From positions 81,344,001 to 81,408,000 of the forward strand of contig OZ241826.1 of assembly GCA_965202585.1 (NCBI GenBank): a stretch of DNA of 64,000 nt, written 5' to 3'. The position numbers and the translations under genes were made by a program. This DNA comes from Thalia democratica. Lineage: Eukaryota. Shown here in pieces: positions 26,401-39,700 of the stretch. The first letter of the stretch is position 1, and the number at the start of each line of letters is the position of its first letter. The notes beneath the pieces are model-generated. The model was not told the DNA's origin, did not search any database, and saw only the letters and a program-made list of their open reading frames with translations.

Positions 26401-27900
26401 TCCTTTTTTAAACCTCAGACCTTTTGTTTTAACTCATCGTTCAATTTAAAACAAACCTACAAACATTTAATGAAAAGTTCTAGTAGTAACAATAAAAGAT
26501 AAAAAAATTCTATAACAAACGAAAAACCAACTTTTATGTGAACATAAACTAACAAACGTGCAATAAAATTAAGTATATGTAACTACTAAGTTTAAACTTT
26601 TATATACTATGTATTATCGTTAAACTTTAACCTTAATAAAGACATCTTAACAAGCAGTTTTTATACCATAATAGGAAAATACAGTAGGAAACTGCAAACT
26701 ATGTTAAGTTATTTTAGTTGTTAAACTAAAATTTAAAAATAAGTTTTCATAAAAGGTTTCGTACCAACTGTATTATGTTTTTAATGTTTACCTGATTAAC
26801 AAAAACTATTTTTTTCGTATACGCATTTATTGATGGAAAATATTGTACAATAATTTAAAAAATAAACAACATTAATGAACACGATAGAAACACGATTAAA
26901 CTCTGAATTTTTTTCACAACAGTTGTTTGATTAAAACGAATCATGGGATAACTAGAAAATTCAACAGTTAAAAAACGTAGATTTCTTTTAGTTTTAGACA
27001 AGCTAAAAATCTACAAGCAACTAAATTTAGCCGCTGAAAGTAGTTTTTGGTGAGAAAATATGATGAAAAGTTATACCGACGACTAAATTCCATTTCAGAA
27101 ATGACTAAAACAATTTAACAAATCCATTTTTTAAGTCTAGTAAGACGGTTAATATTCCATAATCAAGGTTGTAAGGCTTAATTTTTTAACTTAGGTTAAC
27201 TTTTTCTTAATTCTGTAGTTAAATAGTGTAATTATATAAATAGTAAATTATTGTAAAAATTACGTTTGAAAGATTACAATCTTTAATATTAAGTAAAAAG
27301 TCAAAAAATTAACACAAAAAATAAAAATCATAAATAATAATAAAAACTAAACCAATAAAAAAACATCTGAAAATATAAAATTATTAACAAATTATGTCAA
27401 TTTAAAACTGTTAAAAGACCTAAAAATTGAATCAACCGATCACATGTTATCAAAAAAGAATTGAGAATTTAAAAGGAGTAATTTAAATGAGTTAACTGTA
27501 ATCTAGTGTATTTAATAAATTTATAAACTTTTTTTGTAAAATTTTTGTAAAAACTTTTCGGTACACGTTTAGTTTTTACAAAAATAATGCATATAAAACA
27601 AACGACATAATTTATCAATGTAAGAATTTCAAAAAATGTTAGTATAAATAATTGATTTTTAGTTAGTATAAGTAAATATTATATTTAGTATTAGTGCATA
27701 CATTAGTAAAGTATATTTTAATCTTATATTAAACAAAATAAGTTTATGTATACGCTTAAAACTGGAGGGTAGACAACTTTTTTTAAGCTATAATATTATA
27801 AGATAAAGACAAAATTATATTAAAATAGTTTTCTAACACTTAGCGAACTACCTTATCATGACAATAATATAAAATCTTTTTAAGTTAGTTGAATATAAGT
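20500..27900 (+). repeat. Degenerate tandem array of 1-2.6 kb units (left array)
   Basis: Recurring blocks: GTAAGAGAAAATTGAAAAGTAATT...AAACTGGCGATG at about 21585 and 24045; AACAGCACTTATTTA...GAAGCATAAAAACAAAA at about 22015 and 24630; TTTTTGTA(T/A)AA(A/T)TTTTGTAAAA at about 26280 and 27530. Boundaries approximate. Confidence 0.65.
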
Positions 27901-30796
27901 TATTAAACAGATCATGCCACATTTGTTTCCAGCTAAGATCTTATTGAAAATTATAAAACAAGTTGTTCCAAAGTCGCTATCAGCCTAAATCAACTATGCG
28001 TGTTAAGCTTAAAAATTTATTTAACTAAGAAATTTTTAATTGGCTTACAGAATTCCTAAAAAAATTATGCTTATTGTTGTTTATTGCTAGGCTTTTAATA
28101 GTTATACATTTTAGATTTTAAAACAACTGTTTAAAAAGATAAGTAGTCTCAATAAAACTTTTTGGAAATATCTAGTAAAAATCATAACCATAGTACTACA
28201 ACTTAGAAAACCATACATTTTTACTACTTAGTGTAGCTGCACAAATATAAAACTCTGAAAAAATGTTAATACAATTAAAGTAAAATGTTTTGTTGTTGTT
28301 TATGCATTATATAAAACTCTTTTATATCATGCTGTTTCAATTATTTTTTTTCAATTTCAATTTTTGATAAAGAAAAAAACTTTACAAAGACTCGCGAAAT
28401 CTTTGTAAACTTTAATATCTCTATTATTACTGTCTATTTAAGAGCAGCTAAATCAGGCCAAAAATTTAACCACTCTTTACAGTACAGTTAAAACTACTCA
28501 TAGTATATTTCTATTAAAAATCGTCTTAAAACAACATGATACGTTTGCTAATGTTTTTAAACCTTTTCAATTTTTAATTTTTAATTTTTTAATTTTTAAT
28601 TTTAATTTTTTTTAAACCTTTTTAATTTTTTTTTATTAAGAATAAAATTGACTTTTTTATTTCTACCTAACTGTAATTTGAATTGGTGACATTTGTTATC
28701 AAACGTTAAATTTTTAAAATTATTTATATAGCATGGTTTAGATATAAAGTAAGTGTTTTTATTTTCATTTGCTTTATTAAGTGTCTTATAATTTATAAAA
28801 AACATTTTCAGTATTATTTTGATTAATATGTTTTGTTTTATGTACTTTGTATCGTATGCTTCAGTTTATAATAAGTTCATGGAAAATGTTTATGTTTGTT
28901 TTCGTATTATTACTTTTAATAATGTTCACAATCAATTATGTTCTTTCCGGTAAATTATGTACTTTTAACAAGTACATTTCTCTTTTAACAAGGTTGTAGT
29001 AATTTAAGTCATTTTTTGGTATTAGATTGGCTTTATGACTTGACTAAACTTAAATTTATTATTGTATAAACGTTTGACTAGTAGTATGCAAAAAATATCA
29101 TCCGAATACAGTGTGTATACTATCTAAAACTAGCTGTACAATAGAAAAGGTTCTTACATTATAACGCTGAAAACACCTTACTAAGAATCAATACAAACTT
29201 TAAAGAAAAAAAAAGAGAGAAAAAAAAAGTAAACAAACTAAGCTGTTCCGTCAGTTAAAATTTGATGCTTCACTTTTCCAAAATACTGCATTTTGACGCC
29301 AAAGGATAAATTTCATCACTATTTGAGAAAAAATTAGAAAACATTTCATCATGTTCTGTTGAGATCTTTAACCTTCATGTTTGCTGTAATCAAAGTATGT
29401 ATTCGATTGTAATAGTTTGTTGATTTGCTCAAATTTAATTTAAAATGTACAATGCTTTATAAATAAAGTAAAGAAACATATATTTAGAATAAAAAAAAGC
29501 ATTGATTTTATGATTCGAGTTTAAAGCTTTAGGTTTAAAAACATTCCCAAAATTAGCTTTTAGTTTATACCAAAATGACTCAAGTTATATAAAAAGCAAA
29601 ATATAGTTCATAATTTTTCTTAATTTCGTTTCATGACTAATATTTTTGAGTTTAAAACTTTCTATTTCACAAGTATAAATGAACTTCACTTACTTGTATA
29701 ATGTTTACTGGTTTTGATTACATCCTTTTTCTGTTTATTATTTTGTTTTTGCGTCCTGTAAACGATTCAATTTGTTATTATCTACAATACTGGATGTGTA
29801 ATGTATATAATGAAATAAAATAACTTTATAATGCTTAGATTACATAGTACTATGTACATTTGTCGTTACGTTTCTTTTAACCTTTGAACTTTTATATTTC
29901 ATATATTTCAAAACAGTCAGCAAAAATATTAAACATTAACTAATAAGGATATAAAAACAAACTTTTTAAATGTGGTCTACTTGGGAGAACTTTATTACTT
30001 CGTAACTCTGTAAAAATTTTTAAATTAAGCTATTTACAACTAACACATTTTTATTACGTAGATAAACTAACTAAAAAACTTGTTTACTTTACAATAATGA
30101 CAACTTGTTATTCTTAAATATATTATTTTTCTAATATTTTAAAATTTTCGAGCAAGAAGACTGCTTGTCGGGTTTAAAAACTCAAAACAATTAACACTTA
30201 ACGCATTCAAACATAAGTTAAATTTTGCTACTACATGTAGTAGTTATTTAAGTTTTGAGTATTTTATTAATTTGTTTATCGTAAATGATATTTAAAAAGT
30301 TTTTACTTATTTTTTTTTTAACAATTTTAAAAAGAATACCGTATTTTAAATATCTAAAACCATGACAAACTGAGAAATTAGGTTGAGGAATTTTTTTACA
30401 AAAGTCAATTTATATTATTCCAATAAACAATAGACTAGTACAAAATTAGCTAGATTAAGATATATTTCATTTAAAACAAAAAAGTAAATTGTTTAATACT
30501 TTATACTTAAAAAGAGCCAAACATATTGATTAATATTTATAATTTGAGTGTTATGTAGGTAAACTTGATGTAATTTTGTAATTATTTGATAAAATACTTT
30601 TCAAAAAATTAAATAAATATTTAAAAGTTTTTATTTCAAAAGTTTATGAACTAATTTATTATTAAATTTAGGTTTTAATTGGTAGAAGTTATATTTCATT
30701 GGTCAATTAAAATATTAAACCACAATCTATCAATGTAATGAATAACATTGAATAAAATGGGCACTTCGTATTAGAAACTAGTAAAAAAAAACTTAC

Positions 30797-33700
30797 TCAT
30801 TCCTCTTGATAAAATATCTTTAGACAGCTTAAAGTCAAAGAAGTTTTTAATTCTTCTTAGCATCGGAGGCAGAACCGTTTGGCTGCGTAACGCTGTAAAA
30901 GCATATAAATTAAACTCTAATACTTACAAAATGTTTAAAATAGATGTTTGTTAACAAATATGTTTACTATTTTACTGTTTTCGTGTAAGAATCAAGTATA
31001 AATATAGCTTAAAGTTTCACATTCATTTAAAAGCATATTTAATGTGACAAAAACATTAACGAAATAGTGTTTAGCAACAATTTTAATTAGCTTTGTTAAA
31101 TTATTAGTGATTACAGTATGCAAAACTAAAAGTTTAAAGTCAAAAAATTTTGTTAGCGTATTATATAAATTTTATTTTACAATAAAAAAAATTGAAAAAT
31201 AATTAAGCTAAAATATAATTATCTAGTTCAAAATTTTTTAAATACCTAATAAAAGTTTAAAGGACATTTTTTCAAAAGTCACTGAAAGTAGCTTTGATAA
31301 AAAAAATTAAATTTTTACTCACTCATTTTACCATCGGAATATTTTGTAGGTTGTACTTTATTGTAAAAAGTCTTAAGATTCAGGATCATTCTGCTAGTCT
31401 TTTTAACTTCTTTTTTACAGCCACTGTTTGTGCTGAAAAGTTCTTTAGGCTTTGACAAGGAAGTTTTCGGGTTTTCAGATAAATCTTCATTTAATGACAT
31501 TAAGGGGTTTATGTTTTCTGCACTTGCTACGTTGCCTTCGTCAGGTTTATAACTTGAAGTACTGTTAATCATTTGTTTTCTAACTAACAATGTTAGATAG
31601 TAAAATAGACAAAAGTAATAACTTAAACCTTTTTTACATTATTTTTTTATCTAATAAACAATTTAATTATCAATGATTTAAACTAGTTTTTATACTATTT
31701 TTTTTATTATTATGTAGACTGATACTTAGAACTTTATTTATAAACAACTAATTTCGTTTATACAAGTAATTATGTACATTGTTAACTAAATATGTATATT
31801 TTAGCTTGTATCTGATTCTTTCCTAAGACGTTTTACGTATAAAATATTTCTGAACACAAACAAAAAACTTAGCAACTTACATTTTAGCTTTCTTTGGATT
31901 ATAACCGTTTGGACTTGAAAGTGTTCTTTTTAATGACAGTATTCCGAAACTCCTTCACAGATAAAAGTAGAGTTTTAAAAAATTATCGAGTAAAAAATGT
32001 TTTAATCACTTAGGTTTTAAGATAACGTAAAATTCATGTTTCACTTCTATGAAATAAATATGTTAAAACTCTACTAAAAAAAGTCAATTCTTATCAGATG
32101 ATTTCTAAAACTTACTTGTTTAGTGATTTATCACAAGCTGGCATGGTTCTATCTATATTTGATTCTTCTAACTTTTGATTGAAGTTTAATTTTGTTTCAT
32201 CTGAAGTCTGAAACTTTAGTTTTTTCGATTTGTTTTCCAGGTATTGCGTTTGATTGTCATGATTATGCTTTCTAGTGATAAAAAGTAATATATAATTATA
32301 ACCGAGTATCTGATTATTTTATAGAACTAATTAAAATGATTATTAATTTACCTTTTTAAATTATTCGGTAAAACTAAGGAACTGCAACTTGCTATTCTTG
32401 CTTCATCAGTTTGATATTCTTCTCTGGTCATTGAAGAACTTTAAACGTGGTTAATTAAAAAATTCCCATTTCGGTATACTTAAAACACTAGTTAGGATTA
32501 TTAAGTTAACAAACTAGGTTTAACACAAAATACTAACAGTTTTTTGTACATTTCTTTTTTAAATTTCGAAGGAATAAAGTTAGGTTGAGTCTTACGCTTA
32601 ATTTCAATTCCCTCGTACGGCGATTTGAAATACTCATAAAAATTAATTGGTTTTTTTTGAGGAGTTATGCTCGTCTCGAATTCAATATTATTTTGTTCGT
32701 CTTGGACTGGATGTCTAAAACTGTAATTTACAAACATTACAAAAACTTTACAGGCATCAAAAACTATTTATTCAATTAACCTAACACCATAATATTTTAA
32801 ATTTATTTCAACAAAATAAAATTAAACAAGTACCCTTTTTCATAAAATATTCTTAGCAACTCTTCGTGATAGTTTTTTGCTAGTTTTGCGTTTATAAAAT
32901 CATCTTTTTGTAGCTTTTTTTGAACTGGAACACTGATTAGCTTTTCATAGAAGCTTTTAGGTGAGCATGGGACCAAACTAGAAAAAAAAAAATTTACAAA
33001 AAGATTGTACGTATAAAAATAATCGAAATAAAATCTACGCAGTAAAATTGGTTTTAAGTTTAATTTTTAAAAAAATGTTTAAAGATTATTAATAGTGTTT
33101 TTGGTTAGTAATATACAGATTAATTTTTAATTAGTTTATTTTTTGACTGAAACATGATCTTAGGTAAAACTTTATAAAAAAATAAAACTCACTATATTAA
33201 ACCTTCAAATTTAAACTATTTACTTTTTTGGTACTGTTGATTAAACAAAATTATCTAAATTAGCTGTTTTATTATTATGAGGACTTCTAATTAATTTTTT
33301 TTAAATAACTTAAAACTCAATTTAAACCAAAAAAAAAAAATTGAAAAAAAAATTGCTCAATTTTTTTGATAAATCCCCTTTAAATGTTAATTACTCATTA
33401 CTAGTTTTTCTTATGATAGCCAAAGTTGCCTAAAAAGGTGAGATTACATATACTTTAAAAAGCCCTAATACGAGTCTTAGTTAATGTAGTATTTTGTTCA
33501 ACTTCTTAAAGTTTTTTATAATCATTTATATTACACAGTACTTCAACTAAGAAGATGTATGTTTATTAGTTTTCAAAGTAGCAAACAACACAAACTCGAG
33601 ACTGGTGCATATGACGCACATGCTTTCCAGCAAAAGGGGGCACCTGATACAGTGCCTCCTCTTACAGTCAAAGTTGCTGCAATTCAACACGAGGTTGCTA

Positions 33701-36700
33701 CCACTTCCACACCTACTGCAGAAAGATTCCACAACATCTGTTTGAGGTGAAACTTAATTTTAGACTCTTTTTTTTAATATTGGTGTACGTTGCAAATTTA
33801 TTTGTAAAACAATTAAGCACAACGTGCAATATGTGAATAAAATAAAAACTTTTTTATAATTCTGTATATCTGTTTTGAACAGCATATTAATTTATAACAA
33901 ATACATTTTGCTCTGTAAAAGCTTGAATAATAAATTATAACAATTACATACTAATATTGTTTTAAGACATTAAGAAATAATTGTAAAAGTTCAATAATAA
34001 TTTAATATAAAATTACGTATTCAAATAAAAATATTACCTCCACTGTTTTCTAAAATTTCTGCTATTAAAGCCCGTTTAAACATAAGGTAATCATCGGTGT
34101 TCAACTTTATCATGAACGTTTGTCTACATGGATTTGCAAAAAACTTTGCAGCATACTGTGAAACGAAATCTAGTTTTATTACGCTAAGTTAAATAGTAAT
34201 TAGTTTGGATAGTATAATAGACAAAATGTATATGTAATATAAATCATCTTGATGATTATTTACTAAAACTAGTTGCAGCCGCATTGTAATTGAAGATTTC
34301 GTGTCATAAAATTGAAATTTGAGTTTAGAAATTGTTATTAGTTATTTTATTTACTACGAAAATTTTACTATTAAAGCTGTAATACTAGTTCAATAAACCA
34401 AAGAATTACCGTTAAGCAGTAAACTCCGCAGTTGAAGCTGTCCTTTTGTTGCGACCTTTCAGGTATTCTTATTCTTAGTTCTTCTATCTGGTTCCACCTT
34501 TCGTTTGCCTTCGAATATTTCTTTCGTTGTGTAAAAAAATCTTTTCTTTGCTTAAAAAGCTTCAAGATGTTCTTTTTGAACGTAGTAGCGTCCTAAAAAG
34601 TAAAATTAAGTTTAACACCTGGTAATACTAAATGTTTATGACAAGAAAAAAAAATTTAACTGTTTTACTTATAAAAATATAAAAACTGTTAATAAACTTC
34701 AACAAAACATATATCTTGTTATATAGACATAAAAAAAAGATTACTTCATACTGCTGACGCTTAAATACAGAATCAATCCAAATAATTTCGTTGTTTTTCT
34801 CGTTGAAGATTGCAATCCTCCAATGTTTTTTATAGCAGACACAAGTGATAAATCCTGTAAAATAGAGTATCGTTGATAAGCGTGTATGTTTATGTAAAGC
34901 CGACAGTTATATGATTTTTACAAAAGTTTAAAAAATTTGTTTCAGATTTTACTAAATTAATGGAACATAAAGATTAATAATTTTCAATAACTCTAACAAC
35001 ACTATTTTCACAAAAAAAGATTTTAGGTTTAAAAAATATATCACAATCAACTATAGCTATCAAGAATCGAAACTTTTTCGAATAAAACAATTGAAACTAG
35101 TAAGCTTTAAATTTTTTTAAATTAAACAAAAATAACAGGTTTCTTATAATAATACACATAATGCATTTTAATAAATGATTCGAGTATTATAACTTTCGGT
35201 TTTGTTTAAAACTAATGTAGCATAAATTTAAGTAAAAATTTAAAGTAAAGCATTTTTGTTGTAAAACTAAATGTCTTTAAAAATCATCCTTTTTTTATCT
35301 TTTTTTTATTAACAAAAAAACATTATTTACCATCGTAGAGATCAAAATTATATTTTCTGAAGAGGCAGCACTGATTTTTGTCAAAAAGCTGCCCAGCTTC
35401 TGCTATTGGAAAATAGAAGAATTTTTCTTCCGATCGATTTATTAGGAATCTTAGTACATACTCCATGATCTAATAACAAAACATCAAATCATACAAAGTG
35501 ATATTGTAATTTGGCTCAAAAAAATAAATTACGAAGATTTTTTTAATAATCAGCTGATCTTATTCAGATAAATTTAAAAAAAAAAATTGACTGAATTTGT
35601 CCGCTGTTTTTTTTTCTTTAACTGATAAACAGGACTGGTAATTAAATACCGTAAAGTTAACGTTTTTAAAGGAAGTTTTTAAATGAAAAACTTCGAAGTA
35701 CCCAGTTGGATAAATTTATCGCAAACGAAATCAAAAACGATTAAAAACAAAAGTTAGCCATATTTATCATTTTTGTATTACTTTTTTTTATCAATTTTTT
35801 TTTTTACTAGAGTCACTTGTAATTTTTGACTATAAAAAAAGTAAATAAGTTTTTTTTTTGTATAAGAAATATAAATTTGTGCAATCCAAGACAGTGTGAG
35901 TTTAGTTATTCAAAGCTTATATTTTCTGTATGATCAACAATAAATTACATCGTCATTTAGCCAAGCTTTTCCAAAGATAGCCACAAAAGAATCCATCGAC
36001 AGTTGAAAACCATGAATTTTTGAAATTACCGATGCTTTCATTTTGTAAGACTTGATCTAAAACAAATTTAAATTCATTAAAAACAAGGTAAACATTTAAG
36101 TTATTATTTTAATGCAAGCCTAATAATAAAAAGAACCGAAAAAGGCTGATAGAGATAAATTTATCATGTCTTTTTGCAGTTAAAATCAATTTCGTTTTTA
36201 CAACTGCTTTTATTAATTAAGTTTAAATTAATTCTTAGAAACAAATTTGCATTAAAATAGTATTACAGACTTTTAAATTTAGTGAAGTAAAACGTATACT
36301 AATAAAATAATAACTCAGTTTTTTTAATGAATGCAAATGAGTTTCAAATGTACTTCTTTTACTTTTTATTTAAGAATATTGTATGAACTTTAAGATATTG
36401 CATGTTTTGAAAAGCATTAATAAAATATTGTTTACCTTTTCCAGCGTATCATCATTTTGAAAAACATCAGCCAAAGAAACTTTGTGTGCGGTTTTCCTGC
36501 GTAAACAATGTTACACAATGTTGAAATATTAGTAAAAAACGTTGAACGATAATAGTATGCTAAATAGTTTTCAAGGATCTTAGTCGTAAATTTAATTGAA
36601 TGAAAAAAAACATCGGGAGATAGAAATAAATAAATTGTTTAAAGGTGTTCTCACAAAATTTGAAAATGGCAATAAAGAATATTTAGCTTTTTAACATCAG

Positions 36701-39700
36701 CAAAAAGATATCTTGAGTATTAAGAATTAATAAAACAATATTTTACAAAAGCTATTTTCAAGAAAAAAAATATTGTTAATATCTAAAGTTTTTTTTTTTT
36801 AATTATTTAAACAGAGTATTTAAAACCATTATTTAGATTTTTGTTTTTAATTTTGTACCATAAGTTTACTTGAACTTTTATTATTGTTTTACTTAAATTA
36901 CAGAACTTGTGATTGTGCTCTATGAAAATAAATCAGTCAAATCTAAATTAATAGATTATATTCTAATCTGATAACCCATTTTATATATAAAAATACCCAA
37001 TGTTTAACTTTTTATTTAAGCTAAATCAGCTTAAACTCACATCACTTTCAGCTGTTTGTATAATGAAGAAAAATGCACGATGTCTTTTTTCATAAGCTCT
37101 TGGTCGTCTGTTACGTCATCGAAATCTTTATCGTCTTCTACGTCATCAACCTCTTTAATTTCTTGTACAGAATCATATTCAGTGATCACACTTTCGTTTT
37201 GCCTATTATTTTATAGTAAATAATCATAAGATGATGTAGCTTAAAAAATTTGATCCAATATTTAATTAATTAAGTCTAACTTATTTTGTTTTAAAATGAA
37301 CATTTCAGGTGGTTATTTTAATTCGTTAGCTTAAACAAATGAAAAATAACTAGAAAGAATGTTTTTTTTGAATAAGTATGTAGTCAATTAAACATTAAAA
37401 CTAGTATTTCTAAATGAGATAAAAGTTAATTTTAATAAACAAGTTTATTATTGATAGTTATTGGAGTGGTTGATATTCAAAGAAAAATTGAGAAAAGCAA
37501 GAATTTTTTGTACAATTTAATTTAAAATTTACATTATAACAAAATTGTTAGAAAAAAATACCAAGAAAAACTTAAATGTGTTATAAAACAGTGTTTTGGA
37601 TCAAAGATTTTATTTTAAAAGAAAAGAAAGATAGGAGCAATTCAAAATGAACAAGAAATTCACAGAACTATAAAATTACAATAAGTACATTTAATCGACA
37701 AAAAAAGGTAATCTTCTAGAACATTTAAACTAAAAAAAATGTATAGAAGTGATTAGAAAACTTTATGTAAACAGTAAGAAAGCCAGTTTTCAGCAAAGTA
37801 TAAATATTAAAACTAAAAGTTTTCTAAAACAAAATTGTCTTTAAAATTGCTTTCAAACTTAAGTTACAAATAAAACAATAAAGTTTTATGAATTTAAATC
37901 TAAGCCCTTAAAAAATTAGCTGGTTTGTTTGAATCATACATATACCATTAGCTTTTATATTCATAATACTTGGAAAATTTCAATAAATTTAATATTTAAA
38001 TAATTTATACAAAACTTTTCTAGAATTATTTGATAAAATATTCTAGATTACTTACTAAAAGTTCTGAGTATTAGTTAAGAGAAAAGTCGAAAGTAAATAA
38101 CAAAAACGATGACTAAAATCTACTTAATATCTCGTTATATTAAAAATCCGACTTGCCATTTCTACTTTTAGATTAACAATATATTTCGTAAGTAGAGTTT
38201 GTAATTGTTGTAAAACAAAGCCTGATTTGTGTTTTAAGTTTTAATTTTTTTACGCTACTATTCTCATTTTTTGATATCTTTAAATGATTTACTTTTTTTT
38301 TGTCTAGATATAAAACTTTTTCAAAATTACGAGGACCACGAAGACTTTTATTTAACATGTCCGCACTGCGAGTATAATCTGTCTATCCGTAGACATATCT
38401 ACTAGCTTCTCTTAGTATATAATTACCGCTTGGTTTCTATTTTAAGATCAGCTAAATAAGACTAATACACTAACAAACTTTGACAAAAATAAGTTTAAGT
38501 TCTCAAAACTTTCTTACCTAACTTCATCAGTTGTAGTTTTACTAACGAGCGCAAGCTTATTAGCTTCAATAGTAACCGTTTCACCTTTGATTTCATTGTT
38601 TCTTACAATTGTACCAATAACTTTATCTCCGAATTCTGACATTAGAGCAACTTCATCTTCTTCATCAAAAATTTTAAGCTTAGTTCTAAAAAAATATTAG
38701 TTTGGCATAAGTTTAGTTACAAAAGTTTTGTACTTCATACATAACAGATTTAAGATTTTATTACTAATAGTAATTTAAGACATAACTGTTTAAAAAAAAA
38801 AAGAATTATAAAATTTAAATTGTTCATAAATTAATTACTGCATAATACTAAAATTATTATTTTTGTTTCTGAACACATAATTAATAATTTATTACTTTTG
38901 AGAAAAACAATTACTAAGTTTAACCGAAGAGCGGATCTGTAATGAAATAATAATGGTAAAAAAGACAAATAAGTAAAAATTGGTTTAATTTATTATTTTT
39001 TGTTTACGAATTTAAAATCTAAAACAATTAAATATAATAAATTATTTTGATGCTATACCACCTTTAATTTAGAAACTTTTAAATTGTAGTCCAAAACAAG
39101 TATAATTGAACCACGGTATACAGTGGGGTATTGATTGATATCAAATGGATTTGAAAAATCAAAACTTTACAGAGTTAGAAATTATAGAGTAGTAAATTAA
39201 TATAATAAGCACATTGTTCGTATGATTAATTTATTATGTATTAATTTTTAAAATAAAATAAGAAGGTTAAGACTAGAAAATTTTTGAAAGCGTTTTTGTC
39301 GTTGTTATCACAGTTATATTATGATGACATAGAATAAAATGGCTTTTTGTATAAATATTTGTTATGGAAAGATAGAATGAGGGTTAGATTTAAAATATTA
39401 AATTAAAAAAAAAAATATATATAAAAATATTTAAAAAAAAATCAAAAAGAGTATCATCTACTAATAAGCTAATTAAAAAAAATTAATTATTTAAATCTTT
39501 TAAAATATAGTAATTCAAAACTGAATGATTTGTTTTACATGATTAAGAATAACAAATTTAATAACTTTAAATCAAAATACCAAATAAAACTGTCAAATGA
39601 TATAAAAAAACTATTAAGCACTAAATGGTAACTGTTAAATCTGACAAAACTTACAACCTGTATTATGTTAGCCCTAACTTTACAAAAAACAATTATAAAT

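Noticed and set aside
28381-28409. Perfect 10-bp hairpins (28381-28409; also about 4790-4811)
   Set aside because: Isolated AT-rich stems with no context; not distinguishable from chance or MITE debris.
29240-30700. Further 3' exons of the protease gene
   Set aside because: Several coding-like pieces (e.g. IDFCKKIPQPNFSVCHGFRYLKY, STEHDEMFSNFFSNSDEIYPLASKC) exist, but I could not join them in phase without stops, so they are not called.
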